A DNA stretch of 64,000 nucleotides from the NCBI GenBank assembly GCA_036630325.1, contig CP142733.1, forward strand, positions 434,001-498,000. The letters are read 5' to 3'. Position numbers and translations under genes: made by a program. The DNA comes from Vairimorpha necatrix (taxonomy: Eukaryota). The notes below the pieces were generated by a model. That model was not told the origin of the DNA. It saw only the letters and a list, made by a program, of their open reading frames with translations, and did not search any database. This document shows positions 33,617-45,839 of this stretch, one piece after another (within the stretch, counting starts at the first letter, position 1; each line of letters starts with the position of its first letter).

Positions 33617-35518
33617 TTACAGTGAACAAATTAAATCATAAGCTTGTTTAAGAGATTTTATAGTAGTTTTAAGCTTTAATCTTTTATCAGTTACTTCTGT
33701 GGATTCAGACATAACACCCTCTAAATCAGACTTCTCATAAATATCAATAAATAATTTTTCCTGAATTTGACTTTCTGATTTTGTTACAAGTTCGTGCATT
33801 ATAGCTTTAGGTACTTGGTCTATCACTATTTTCTTGACTATGTCAAAATATGAAACCACCATTGATTTGATAATTCCAATTTCAACTGATTCCTGTTGAG
33901 TAGTTTTTCCATTTAATCTTAATATTGAAGGAATCGAATCAAGCGTAATTTTTTTGTCCATTTCTTTATAAAAATCGATCCTTTCATTTTTTACTGTATC
34001 GAAAGTATGACCATCAAAATCTTTGGTCATTATGTCTGACCATTTTACAAAGTCGGGATGTCTTGTGCTAATGTACGAAACATTCCATTCAATAAATGAA
34101 TCAATTAATTTTGTAGTATTATCTGCGTTTTCTTTGAACATTCTAATTAAAGATGAAGAAATCATATCATTTAGGGTGGGAAATCTTGATAATAAATTAG
34201 AGCTTAAAATTGTATTCGTTATCCTAACTAATTCATTAAAAATTATTGTCACTAATTTAATAGAGTGCGGTTTAAGCAGTTTTATAGATGACTTGGCTAA
34301 TTGTTCAAATGCAGTATGTGAAAATAAAATATTTGATGATGCACCATTAGAATTGTACAGTAGAGTTCTTATTTCTTCATCATTTATATTATTAAGTGGA
34401 TCTATAAGTTTTATAAAACTTGCAAAGTGACTATTAAAAGTATAATTTATCCTAGCTCCGCCTACTAATTCATTATTTTTAGAATCAAAGTTACCTCGTA
34501 GAGAATTGTTAAATGTTTTTGATATGTCATTAATAATTTTCATTAATTGTTCTTTTGGTGACAAATTGACGCATCCTAGATTGTCTAGCTCTTTTTGAAG
34601 ATTCAACACTGTATTATTAATATTTTCTTGTAGTTCGGGGAGGCAATATCTTATATGTTCATGAAGTATTGTATGAAGTTTTGAGACTAAAAATTTCGTG
34701 CCGCAATAATTCTTATTTTTTTTATATGCAGGATGGTTTTTAAAGAAAACTTCTTCATCTACCAGTGCAGATGATATATCTTTTTTGTTTTCAATATCTA
34801 CTTGACCTCTATTTACTACGGGCACAAATCCTAAGTTCAATTTGACTAATCTTCCTGCTAACACATCAATTACATCCGTTCCAAAATCCATTAAATCTAT
34901 CTTCGTAAGTACGCCTATGGTTCTTTCATAATTAGAATCTACTTCTCGGGCCAGTTGTAAGGCATCCGAATTTGATATATCCGTGTTCGCTGCACTTACT
35001 GCAAGAATTAAAGCATTTTTATTAGAGACATATTTTTTACACATTTCATATATTTTTGAACAAATGTCTTTAGGTTGATTATTTGTTGGTACTCTTATTA
35101 GTCCAGGCAAGTCTACTAAGGTTAACGTAAGCACTTTGCTAGAATAAAATTTGAGTGTTATTGGTACATTAGAAACATCATTTTTTGATTTCAAAACTCG
35201 TTGTGTTTCATTAATAATTTCCTGTTTTACATCTTCAAAGTTAAAAAATTGTTTTTTAGGAATATGGTTAAATACACAATAATCCTCTGATCTTGTATAT
35301 ATAAGTTGTAATACTAATGGTCTTTTTGTCACAATCCCTGTACCTCTAGGTAGAATATCTCTACCTATAATGTTCTCCAATACACTTGATTTACCCGAAC
35401 TTTGACTACCAATTACTACTATTTGAGGAAGTTCAATATTATTTTGTATATTAGTCTCATTGCATATATCTTGAAGTTCATTTATTTTTTCTATTAATAA
35501 GTCCATGTAACTGGTCAT
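33617..35518 (-). CDS. VPS1: dynamin-related GTPase, Vps1-like
   Basis: GSQSSGKS, LPRGTGIVTKRP, DLPG and TKID GTPase motifs, middle domain and GED (SYFDIVKKIVIDQVPKAIMH). Vps1 versus Dnm1 is not certain without a phylogeny. Confidence 0.88.
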   Translation of the reverse strand: MTSYMDLLIEKINELQDICNETNIQNNIELPQIVVIGSQSSGKSSVLENIIGRDILPRGTGIVTKRPLVLQLIYTRSEDYCVFNHIPKKQFFNFEDVKQEIINETQRVLKSKNDVSNVPITLKFYSSKVLTLTLVDLPGLIRVPTNNQPKDICSKIYEMCKKYVSNKNALILAVSAANTDISNSDALQLAREVDSNYERTIGVLTKIDLMDFGTDVIDVLAGRLVKLNLGFVPVVNRGQVDIENKKDISSALVDEEVFFKNHPAYKKNKNYCGTKFLVSKLHTILHEHIRYCLPELQENINNTVLNLQKELDNLGCVNLSPKEQLMKIINDISKTFNNSLRGNFDSKNNELVGGARINYTFNSHFASFIKLIDPLNNINDEEIRTLLYNSNGASSNILFSHTAFEQLAKSSIKLLKPHSIKLVTIIFNELVRITNTILSSNLLSRFPTLNDMISSSLIRMFKENADNTTKLIDSFIEWNVSYISTRHPDFVKWSDIMTKDFDGHTFDTVKNERIDFYKEMDKKITLDSIPSILRLNGKTTQQESVEIGIIKSMVVSYFDIVKKIVIDQVPKAIMHELVTKSESQIQEKLFIDIYEKSDLEGVMSESTEVTDKRLKLKTTIKSLKQAYDLICSL

Positions 35519-38500
35519 AAATGTTTATTTTGTTTGTTTGTTTTTTATATTATATGTTTCAAAATATGAAAATATTTTGAAATTGTTTCAAATAATATTG
35601 ATATCACATATACAAAAAACTTGTCTTTAATATAAATAACTTATCCTGAGTATTCAAAAAACAAAAATTGATGTATTTGTAACATTTAATAAGTTTTTTT
35701 AACTATAAATTAGTATAGGAATTTTTAACTTTAAAATTAGTACAACAAGGTATTTCCTACAATTAAATGTGCATTGTAACAACTTAAAAAATGTATATTT
35801 AATATCTATGCCAAAGTCTTTATCCTATTTATAATAAGCACTATTTGTTATAATGTCTTGTAAAAACTTCATTTTTAATTACTCATAGAATAGTACATTC
35901 CAAATATATTACAAAATGGTCTTTTATGGTAAATATAGACCTACCACTCCGTTCTCTTTTAGCTATGACTTTCTGTTCTATTTTTAGCCTTTAAAATTTT
36001 CTTATTACCGGGTTATAAGATTCACCATAAAAGTCGAACTTTACGACTTTTAAAATGAGAATGTTTATACTAGTAGAAGAGATCCATCCATAGATAAAAT
36101 CCACCCTATAGCCAAATGGTAAAAAATTTATGTTAAAAAGAAACCCTTTAATATAATGACCTTTTAAGTTTCCTAGTAATCTGCAACTCGAAAGTAGTCA
36201 AACTTATGTTGCCATTGTTTTCAAGCAATTTTTGTAATCCTTCTAATTTTTCTTTAGCGTGCAAGATTTTTTTTCATGGGGTAAAGTTTCAAAATTTTTT
36301 AAGAAAAATTTCAGATATTTTATATCAATAGAAAAGATCCATGGTCTTTTCTATGGCTGGATCTTATAACCTGGAACCCCCGGTACTAAAGAAATTACAA
36401 AGATGCAAAAACATAAGATGATCTTAAAAACTGTAAAATGCATAAAATCAAAATGTCTTTTTGCAGTAACCATATTATTTAATTTTACTAGATTTCTAAA
36501 TAAAATATCTTTGACCACATGGAACATATCAGCGTCGCTTGGCAAATAGGTGAAATATTATTTAAGTATTTGAACGAAAAACTAACCTATTGAGCTCAAT
36601 CTATCAAAATTTTGTCAAAATACATCATCATGTAAGACAAATAGTAACTTTTAAAAATTGACAGTTATTAAAAAACGCAATATATTTTTTTGAATGTAGG
36701 ACATAAATTAAATTTAAAAAGTTGGAAAGTTTTAAACAACACGAATAATTATGATAATATTGATAAAGATATAATAGCAATAGTATGTTATAAATCCTTA
36801 TATAAAATTTTATTTAAATCACATAAATATATTGAGTGATAACAGTTAAGAACAGCCGGCAGATTTTATAGGCTGAAAAGTTTCAAGCAGCCGCGCTAAA
36901 ATTTTAGTCTTTAGATAAATGGATAAAAAATTGAGGATATAAAGCAATATGCAAGCCTATTATTAACTTAAATTATAAAAATTAGAAAAAGAGGTTAGTA
37001 AAAAACTATGTTACCTAATTAATATCAATTAACATTTTGTAATAACAAAAATCTTATATTTTTTTGAATGTTAATGCTGTAAAATTGCAACTAAAAGAGA
37101 TAAAATGATTTTTTTTTATTTAATTTACATTTTTGAAGGCAATGAAATTTATTCTATAGATGAAATAATTAAACAAATTACATAAAAAATACTAGGAATG
37201 TTTGCAAAAATATTAACCCGAAATTACGAACACAAACGTATTTACATAAATTACTGTTAAAGATACTATTTACAATAAAGACAAATTTCCAAAAACCACT
37301 TTAGAAAAGACTAAGGCAACATTGTGATACACAAGAATTAGAAATTAGAAATATCTAATGCCAACAACATATGTCACTTCACCACCAAAACATAGATAGA
37401 ATGTTATAAAAAAAAATTCATCACGACATACATTAACAAGCGACTACAAGGCAGTTTGACGTCTCTTAAAAGAAATTGATTCCAACAGATATTGTCCAAA
37501 AAAAAATATGATTGAAACTCAATTTACAGATGTGAGCAAAATTAAATTTGAACTAATTTAAGTAATACACAGATTCTAGAATTAGTTAACTCAAATAGTC
37601 CATAAGAATGTTACTATATTTTAGTAAATATAGAGGTAATAGTAAAAAGCACATAGCATATTAAATAGTTTTTTTTGCATACAATTGACAATAGGATAAA
37701 CATATACTTGCCATGAGAATTACTAACGTTGCATTTAAATAAATATTGAATTTAAAAAGAAGATATATTATGTTTTTCTAAAAGATATAAAATATTTATT
37801 TGTAGAAAAATGTATACTAATCTATAATAACAAAGGAAAATTCGATCACGAGGTTACAAAGCGCTTGAATATTTCGAGACATAATTATATCCACGGAACA
37901 TTAAATTATTATTCAAATAAACAGATAACCGAAAAGATAGAATTATAAAGAGATATTTATATAAAAATATATTTGACATTGTTTAATTGCAAAGTATGAA
38001 TAAATGAATGAGTGTGTGTTTTCTATTTGCCGCCACAGAATTAATCAGAAAAATTCAGTAAATACGAACTATTATGAAATAAGATAAAAATATTAGAATA
38101 CTTATATTCCATATATACAGCCTGATACAGTAAACAGAAAGAAATATCTGTTATTGTTCAAATATAAACTTTATAAGCAGAAATACAAGTTATAAAATTA
38201 AATAAATATCAGATTGACCATCAAATACCAATGATCGTGAAAGTAATTTACAATTCTTTCAGAAATTTTGACATAAATAAAAATATCTAATAGCTTATAA
38301 AATAAAACGATAAGTGTTTAATTTATAGATTAAGCAAATAATGCTTAAAACTATGATTAATTATAACCTCGATATATACGAATATATAAAAAGAAGTGGA
38401 TTTCTTATAAATATATACAATTTGGATTCAGAATCAGGCAGGACGAATCTTTATAAATTTAACATATATTTAAATAAAAAATTCCAAATTTGAAATTATC

Positions 38501-39424
38501 TAATAATGCATGTTTTATTTATAAAAAAATAAAGTTAACACTAAAATTTCAATCTTCTGCAAATTTGTAAATTTAAATATTTATAGAGTCTGTTTAAGAT
38601 ATTTAACAATTAATAAGTAGAAAGTACTCAATTGTATATTATTATAAAATATCATAAATTAAATTTAATTAACTCTAAAATAATCTAATTTTTATATATA
38701 AACAGAAAATTTCGCAAAATTAATACTCATCTAGGCCATATACATATGGCCCAGATGAGTATTGTATCTGTCATTTCTTCAAGTTTTTTGTCTGTACTCG
38801 GACAAAGATATAATTCGAAATTTGGTTTTAAATCCAGGTCCCAATTTCATACTATGGTACCTTCCTTTCACATTGCTCTTTTACTATATGAGATCGGTTA
38901 TTGGTTTCTTGCCACAAATTAGTCTTTCGCCTTCTATATTCCCGTGGTGTTGATTTTTAATGACTTTCTTTTTTATTTTTCTTTACAAGGAAAATCACTC
39001 AAGAAAGATTAATGCATATTTCATATCGGGTGAATTTATATTTTTTGTTTTATTTTCAACATCCAGCCATTTTTTGTTTATGTGACTTTTAATGCTAAAA
39101 AGTCATATAAATAATCACATGGCACAATATATAATTTTTTATTGTCAGATAAGTGTAAGTTAATGCTTATTAAATACAATTATATAAAATTGGTCTCCTA
39201 TTCATTCCTTTTTGCAGATATTTAATCTTTAATAATCAAATTATGTAAAGCTTATTTTTCAATATCTACTAAACTGTATGAATTTTTTTATGCTCAAGAT
39301 GTTATTTCATATTTATTTCGTTCTACCAATATGCTTCTTCTTGACATTCTAAAAGGATACTATATTCCATATATAATGCTTTTTAAATATTAAAAATCTA
39401 GTATATTAAATTATTAATTTTTAT

Positions 39425-40180
39425 TTATTCGGTCTTCTTGGAGTACCATATATCTCTCTTATAATAATCTTTATCTATTTTTATGTTATAAATAACATCT
39501 TCCAAAAGTCTCGCTCTTGTCACTGATAATGATGCCGACCCTTCTAAATTAATATTAGCCACATGTAAATGTAAATGTTCATAAGTCGGTTTATAATGAA
39601 AGAACATTACCACATCTTCATATCCAAGTTTAAACTGTTTCAAGTTTTCTATCACTATATCTCTTCCTTCTTCCAATAACTTTTCATCTTTTATATCCCG
39701 TATAGATCTCAAATTACTATCTTTAAATACTAATAATATTTGTAAATCGTCAGTTGACAATTCATTCCATTTATAATTAGGCATTAATATAAATTTATCA
39801 TCTTCATAATATTTAAATTTTTCTTCTTTACCTTTTATAATATTATCAATCCAGACTACTGGTTCATGTGGTAATTTTAGATATTGGTCGTATGATTCTT
39901 TAGTAAATATCTTTTTTGATGAATATTTAGTGTTATATTTTTGTGTAGCTGGCCAGATTAATCTGAATTTTAGATCTACTCTTGATTTTACAGTGTAAGC
40001 GTAGTAAATGTCATTATGAAGTTTTAGTTCTGTTTCTTCGTTTATAATGTTTAAAAATTCATCTTGTAGTATTGATTTTTTAGGGAAGATACAAATGGCG
40101 GGTTTAGATTGTATAGTGCCTATGTAGATGATATTTTCTTGATCTAAGTTAACAGATTCGACTTTGAAATGTTTAATCAT
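39425..40180 (-). CDS. DCS1: scavenger mRNA-decapping enzyme DcpS (HIT family)
   Basis: LIWPAT, KYS, WIDNII, LRSIRD and FHYKPTYEHLHLH. The start was moved to the ATG at 40180, which is preceded by CCCC. Confidence 0.9.
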   Translation of the reverse strand: MIKHFKVESVNLDQENIIYIGTIQSKPAICIFPKKSILQDEFLNIINEETELKLHNDIYYAYTVKSRVDLKFRLIWPATQKYNTKYSSKKIFTKESYDQYLKLPHEPVVWIDNIIKGKEEKFKYYEDDKFILMPNYKWNELSTDDLQILLVFKDSNLRSIRDIKDEKLLEEGRDIVIENLKQFKLGYEDVVMFFHYKPTYEHLHLHVANINLEGSASLSVTRARLLEDVIYNIKIDKDYYKRDIWYSKKTE

Positions 40181-40584
40181 ATGGGGTAGAGAAAAAATAA
40201 TCATATATATAAACAATATATATACATTGTATATACAATGTATATACAATGTAATTAGTTTTAAATTAGTTTTATATAAACATTGGAAATGATAAATCTA
40301 TTTTGACATGTTTTTTAACTTGCAATATTTGTTTTTATTTTCAGTTTATTGGTTTGTGCTTGAGAAATTATTAGATGAGTCCAATAAACTTAGAAGTCAA
40401 CAATATTTCACCCGCGATTTTTTTAAAAATAAATAATCTATTTTAAAATACCATAGTATTATATTTACTATATCTTTGATACTAATACAATATATATATA
40501 TATTATTGTAGCTCTTCCCCTTTTCTCCCCTTTATTTTTTTCTGATATATTTATTATTATCCCCCCTGCCTTATAATCTCCCAC

Positions 40585-41304
40585 ATGAAGATAAAAATAT
40601 TCCTCAGACACAATTCTGAATCTCTTTCTCTAGAGATAAATACAGAAGATTCCCTTTTTAAATTAAAAGAGATGATATCTAAAATATTAAATATAGAACC
40701 AAATAGACAAGTATTAGAGTATAAAGAAGAAGTATTAAGAGATGATTTACAAACTATAGAGAGTTATAAAATAAAAGACAAATCAACCATTATACTTAAA
40801 CTTAATAAATTCAATATGAATATTAGATCTACGAATATTAGTAGTAGTAGATCTAATAAATACGATGAAATGATTGATGGTTTAGATGATGGTAAACTTA
40901 AGAATATTATGAATAATCCTTCATTCCAAGAAGAAATGTTGTCTATGTCTCAAGATCCAAATTACTTAAAACAACAAATGAAGAATTTTGATCTCACTGT
41001 CTCTAAGCTTGAGAATATGCCAGGAGGATTTAATATAATAAATAGTATGATGAAAGATGTACAAGATCCCATGTTAGATTTACTTAGTACTAGTAAGAAT
41101 TATAAAGAAGGAGATATTATACAGAGGCCCATTTATGACCCCATTCCTGGGACTAGTAGAGAGAATTTGTTGATTAAGTATAGAGAAGAATTGGCCTTAT
41201 TAAGGGCCATGGGGTATGAGAACAGTAAAAGGAATTTGAGTGCATTAATAGCTTGTCAAGGGAACATAGTCGAGAGTATTGAGTATTTGAACAATAATAA
41301 ATAA
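40585..41304 (+). CDS. DSK2: ubiquilin/Dsk2-like UBL-STI1-UBA protein
   Basis: N-terminal ubiquitin-like domain, NNP/LENMPGGFN STI1-like region and C-terminal UBA (LRAMGY..NLSALIACQGN). CCC precedes the ATG. Confidence 0.88.
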   Translation: MKIKIFLRHNSESLSLEINTEDSLFKLKEMISKILNIEPNRQVLEYKEEVLRDDLQTIESYKIKDKSTIILKLNKFNMNIRSTNISSSRSNKYDEMIDGLDDGKLKNIMNNPSFQEEMLSMSQDPNYLKQQMKNFDLTVSKLENMPGGFNIINSMMKDVQDPMLDLLSTSKNYKEGDIIQRPIYDPIPGTSRENLLIKYREELALLRAMGYENSKRNLSALIACQGNIVESIEYLNNNK

Positions 41305-41523
41305 TTACACTAAGTATTAGTTAGTATAATTTGCACTAAGTATAAGTTACATGTAGTTTACTTTTTATTTAGTGTAAAAATCGACCGATGAAATTATTTT
41401 ACTGCATAAACAGCATAAAAAAATTGTAATATTAAATTATATATATAAGTTATGTTACAAATTATATACATAAGTTTATGTTACAAGATTACAAATAATG
41501 TTTATTTTTACTATTAAATTCAT

Positions 41524-44500
41524 TTATTGCTTGATATATTTCTCATTCAGTAGTTTTATTAATCCTTCAGTATTTAGACTACATATATCTAATACATTAA
41601 AACTCTTAATTTTATCTTTCTTCATTCCCAGTACATCTTCAAATCTGAATTCATAAGGATTACAAATCATTAGATCATTAATATAAATCTCCAATTTAAA
41701 TACTAAAGGTTTATTACTCATAAAAATAAAGTAAATATCTTTTAAAGCATTATCACTACTAGTAGTAGTACTTGTAGTATTATGGAATGTTAATAATACA
41801 TTCATTTTTATCATTTCATTCGCTTCATATTTATATGATCCATATTTACTTTGTTTATTAAGTCTTATTATTTCTTTATTATTATTATTCTTATTCTGAC
41901 ATGCTAATCTACTACAATATGCTTCAATATATTCATCATATTCTTTTACTTTCTTATCTAAATATTCTTCTTTTATTAATAAGTTATTATAAGTATTCTG
42001 ATTTATTTTTATTTCTTTAGATCTTTCTGTAGATTTAAGTTTTAGTCCCACAATATCCTGGGCTAATAAATTCAGGATTTCTGAGTATAAATTTCCACTT
42101 GAGACTATTCCTCTAGTTTCTAGATATTTCAGATCTGAGTGGACTGAGTCTTTTAGATCTTGAATATTTTCTTCAAGAAGATCCTCTTTATTAAAGAGGA
42201 TCTTCTCTTCCTCTGTGGGATCAGAGTAAATTAAATCTAAGATATTTCTACCTTTAGATATTTTTATAAGATAAATAAGTTTCCTCTTAGTGATCTTTAT
42301 AAAGTTCTCTAATTCGTCATCTCTGTCTTCTTTATGAACCCAATCTGAGTTTATAAATGAGAAGCAAATAATTTTATTACAATTATTATCAGGTAATAAT
42401 TCCAATGAGTCAATTAAATCAATATTATTATTATATATATTATTATTATATATATTATTATTAGATATATTATTATTATATATATTATCATTATTAGTAT
42501 CATCATTAATATTATATGTTTCATCCCTATTAGTATCATTATTATATATATAACTATGTGATAATAGAATATCTTTGTTCTCTTTTATTAATATTATTAA
42601 TCCATTCACTACTCTAAGTGGTAAATATATCACTGATTTCTGGACTCGGGCTAATTCATTAAGTGTCTCAAGTTGGAAGTACTGCTCTGTACTCTGGACT
42701 TGTATTAAATCTCTAATTATCTCTTTATATTTCTCACTTAGATCTACTAAGTAATCTTTTATAGGAAGATACACTGTCATATCAGGCATCATTTCTTGTT
42801 CATCTTTGATGATGAAATGAGTTATTAAGTTTATTATTTTATAAATCTTCTGTCTTGTTGACTCAGATATTTTATTCTGATCATTAAAGAGATCTGGGGC
42901 ATATAAATAAGGAAATAATAAATCAATCATGAAATTATGAGTATCATTTTCCTGATAATAATGTCTTATTATATAAGGGACTGAATTTATATTCTGATGA
43001 ATAAAATCAAATATACTAGTCAGGATTCCCCTCATAGTCTTCAGTCTCGTCTCATAGATCTCTGATACTCTCTTATTCTCTAGTGACTCATCAAGTGTCT
43101 TCACTACTCCGTACAAGTGTCTGTGTATCTCCGTGGGATTACACTCTATTTCCAGGGACTCCAAATTCCTGATAATTTTAAAGAGGCCATCTCTAAAGAG
43201 GACACTTTCCTGAGAGACTCTAAAGTAATTAACTAACAGTAAAGAACTAAGAGAATGAGGACTAGTCAAATGTGAACTAGTCATATGAGAACTAGTCAAA
43301 TGTGAACTAGTCATATGTGAACTAGTCATATGAGAACTAGTCATATGGGAACTAAGAGAATGAGATCGGTTTTTGTCTTCTTGATTTATACAACATACTT
43401 TATTAGTTTTATTATTAGACATTAGTAATTGTAAGAAGAGATACTCCTCTTTAATTCCTGATACATTACTGTATAAAGGTAATATCACTGTACATATAAA
43501 ATTCTCTTTATCTTCTACTCTGTTTAATAATTCCCTTAATATTTCGGGACTAGTCTGAATAATCTGTAATATATCTTGTATAGGCTTAATATTATAATAA
43601 TCACTCTGAGTCGGGATATTATAAAGATCTAACTTATTATGAATCATAAGTCTGATTCTATTCTCTATATCTTCAAGATATATCTCCTTATTATATAAAT
43701 CTCTTAATTTGTCTGAGATCTTCTTGTGTAATTCGTCAATAAAAGACTCCTTGTAAATTTCAGAAGAATTCTTAAAGAACAAGAAAAGGAAATGTCTAAT
43801 TGAGAAAACTGAAGGATCTTCTAAGTAGAAAATATCATTAAAGGACTTCTTAAATAAGAAGGCCTTAACTTTTAATTTAATCTTTAAAGAATCGTCGAGC
43901 TCTTCATCATTTCGTATATTATTATCAATTAATAATTCATCTTGATTATTTAATAATTCATCTCTAATCTTAGCTTTAATATCTTCAAGATCTTCTTCTA
44001 AATCTAAATCAATACTAGTATCAGTATTATCTATACTAGTATTATTAGTATTAGTATTATTAGTATTATTTAATTCCATCTTTTCAGGTATATTCTCAAA
44101 TTGTGGTATCTTTATATTCTCTAATTCACTATCCATTCTTACATAATCTTCTTCTTCAAATACTTGTCCTTCTCTTTTAATAATCCCTAAACTAATTCCT
44201 CGTCTTTTAAGGAAATGTGCAAGAGCATGGACACAATACACAACTTTAGGGAAATTCTTCTTCTCATACAAATCTATAACCTCAAAATAAAACCATCTGG
44301 GTAAACCTATCTTCTTTAATCCATCAAGGAAATAATTAATATTATCAGTATGTCTATACTGTAAAATATCATCTACAAAAATATGACCAACACTTTCAGG
44401 ACTAAAATGTCTCAAAACTTCTACGAGGAAAAAACCTTTACGCATTTCTTCTTCAAAAAGGCTAAAAGAATCGGGAACAGGAGTGAAAGAAGAAATCCAT

Positions 44501-44652
44501 GTCTTGGCTTCTTCTAAACGGCATAGGTAATCATAAGTACGAGTATTAAGTCTGGCTGTGTCCATCTGATCAGAAGTGATTGGGATGTCTGTGCCGAGTC
44601 TCTGGTGGACATTAATAATATTTTGAACTTCTTGGTTATGCGAGTTGACCAT
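41524..44652 (-). CDS. IQG1: IQGAP-like protein (CH domain, GAP-related domain, RasGAP C-terminus)
   Basis: YDYLCRLEEAKTWI, LQYRHTDNINYF and DLYEKKNFPKVVYCVHALAH (IQGAP CH domain), plus KYGSYKY near the C-terminus. Start set at ATG 44652 after CCCCC. Confidence 0.88.
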   Translation of the reverse strand: MVNSHNQEVQNIINVHQRLGTDIPITSDQMDTARLNTRTYDYLCRLEEAKTWISSFTPVPDSFSLFEEEMRKGFFLVEVLRHFSPESVGHIFVDDILQYRHTDNINYFLDGLKKIGLPRWFYFEVIDLYEKKNFPKVVYCVHALAHFLKRRGISLGIIKREGQVFEEEDYVRMDSELENIKIPQFENIPEKMELNNTNNTNTNNTSIDNTDTSIDLDLEEDLEDIKAKIRDELLNNQDELLIDNNIRNDEELDDSLKIKLKVKAFLFKKSFNDIFYLEDPSVFSIRHFLFLFFKNSSEIYKESFIDELHKKISDKLRDLYNKEIYLEDIENRIRLMIHNKLDLYNIPTQSDYYNIKPIQDILQIIQTSPEILRELLNRVEDKENFICTVILPLYSNVSGIKEEYLFLQLLMSNNKTNKVCCINQEDKNRSHSLSSHMTSSHMTSSHMTSSHLTSSHMTSSHLTSPHSLSSLLLVNYFRVSQESVLFRDGLFKIIRNLESLEIECNPTEIHRHLYGVVKTLDESLENKRVSEIYETRLKTMRGILTSIFDFIHQNINSVPYIIRHYYQENDTHNFMIDLLFPYLYAPDLFNDQNKISESTRQKIYKIINLITHFIIKDEQEMMPDMTVYLPIKDYLVDLSEKYKEIIRDLIQVQSTEQYFQLETLNELARVQKSVIYLPLRVVNGLIILIKENKDILLSHSYIYNNDTNRDETYNINDDTNNDNIYNNNISNNNIYNNNIYNNNIDLIDSLELLPDNNCNKIICFSFINSDWVHKEDRDDELENFIKITKRKLIYLIKISKGRNILDLIYSDPTEEEKILFNKEDLLEENIQDLKDSVHSDLKYLETRGIVSSGNLYSEILNLLAQDIVGLKLKSTERSKEIKINQNTYNNLLIKEEYLDKKVKEYDEYIEAYCSRLACQNKNNNNKEIIRLNKQSKYGSYKYEANEMIKMNVLLTFHNTTSTTTSSDNALKDIYFIFMSNKPLVFKLEIYINDLMICNPYEFRFEDVLGMKKDKIKSFNVLDICSLNTEGLIKLLNEKYIKQ
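43248..43342 (-). repeat. 15-bp coding tandem repeat (SSH[M/L]T x~6) in the IQGAP-like gene
   Basis: Repeated GAACTAGTCA(T/A)ATG units. Confidence 0.9.
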
Positions 44653-44714
44653 TTTGGGGGTAAAAAAGAAAAACGAGAAAAATAAAAAAAAGAGGGAAAA
44701 AGCATAAGAAAAAA

Positions 44715-44865
44715 AGTATAAAGTCAAGCATAAAATAAAGCATAAAATTAATAGAAAATATTAAAGTCAAGCATAAAATATTATAATTGAGCATAAAATA
44801 TTAAAGTCAAGCATAAAATATTATAATACAATATAATAAATGTAAAAAAATATTATAATACAATA
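44715..44865. repeat. ~20-bp AT-rich tandem repeat upstream of the IQGAP-like gene
   Basis: Recurring (AAAGTCA)AGCATAAAATATTA units. Confidence 0.7.
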
Positions 44866-45839
44866 AAAGAAATCACATTAAAAAACTACGATCGGGACTT
44901 AACCAGTCTTAAGGCAGAACTTCCACTGAGAATGAATAATTACAATGCATTAAACTTTTCTATGATAATCACTAAGTTGATTCGATGGAACTTGTAAACA
45001 TCGAGTGTAGAAACTTAATAATACCAATATTCTATAAATACATAAAAGTAAGTGATGGGTACGACCTAGTCGGAGCCCATGGCTAGTGCACTCTAAAATG
45101 AAGACCCCAATTTAGTAACTAGATGAAATGGGCAATGGAATCACATCAAACAAAAGAAGAAGTAAGGCAATAGAACTGCTATTATACAAAATATTGTAAC
45201 ACGGCGGCCGAAACTAGTGGTCAATGCAGTCCAATAAAAATGCCGGGCTGGTGATGTGGCGATGTAAAGGCGTGTGTGGGACAAGATGGTAAGGGAATAT
45301 TAAAGTAGACGACAATGTCTCTCCAGAAGTTATTTTTCATATCCGTCCCAAAGTCATACTGGACCCAATTGTTGGTGAAGATGGAAAATATTCATCTGGA
45401 GACAAAGTCCAATGGATACGGCGGAGCACGCTCCGCCTGAAAGGCATATGGACGAAGTTTTAGTGAGTAAGAATTTTACAGTACCGAAAGGAACATACAC
45501 ACAAAACTTTATGTAAAGCTTCTTACTGTCCCTTTATTGTAAAAAGTAATCTAACTAACTAAAAAGTTTTCAAAATATAAAAAAAAGCATAACACCCAGA
45601 ATAAGTTATAGGTATATACCATACATACTCTCACATAAAACAATAAAAATAAATCTTTTTTTACTAAATTTTGACTAGCATATCATGTAGGCCTTATGAT
45701 ATTGTTTCGATCAAATTTAGTAAAAAAAATATACAATGACGACAAAAGTAGTATAATACCAGAACACGTGTTAACTTCGACTTGAAGTCAAATATATTAA
45801 ATTAATGATATGTAACCTTCGATGTTCTAAGTGAAATGA

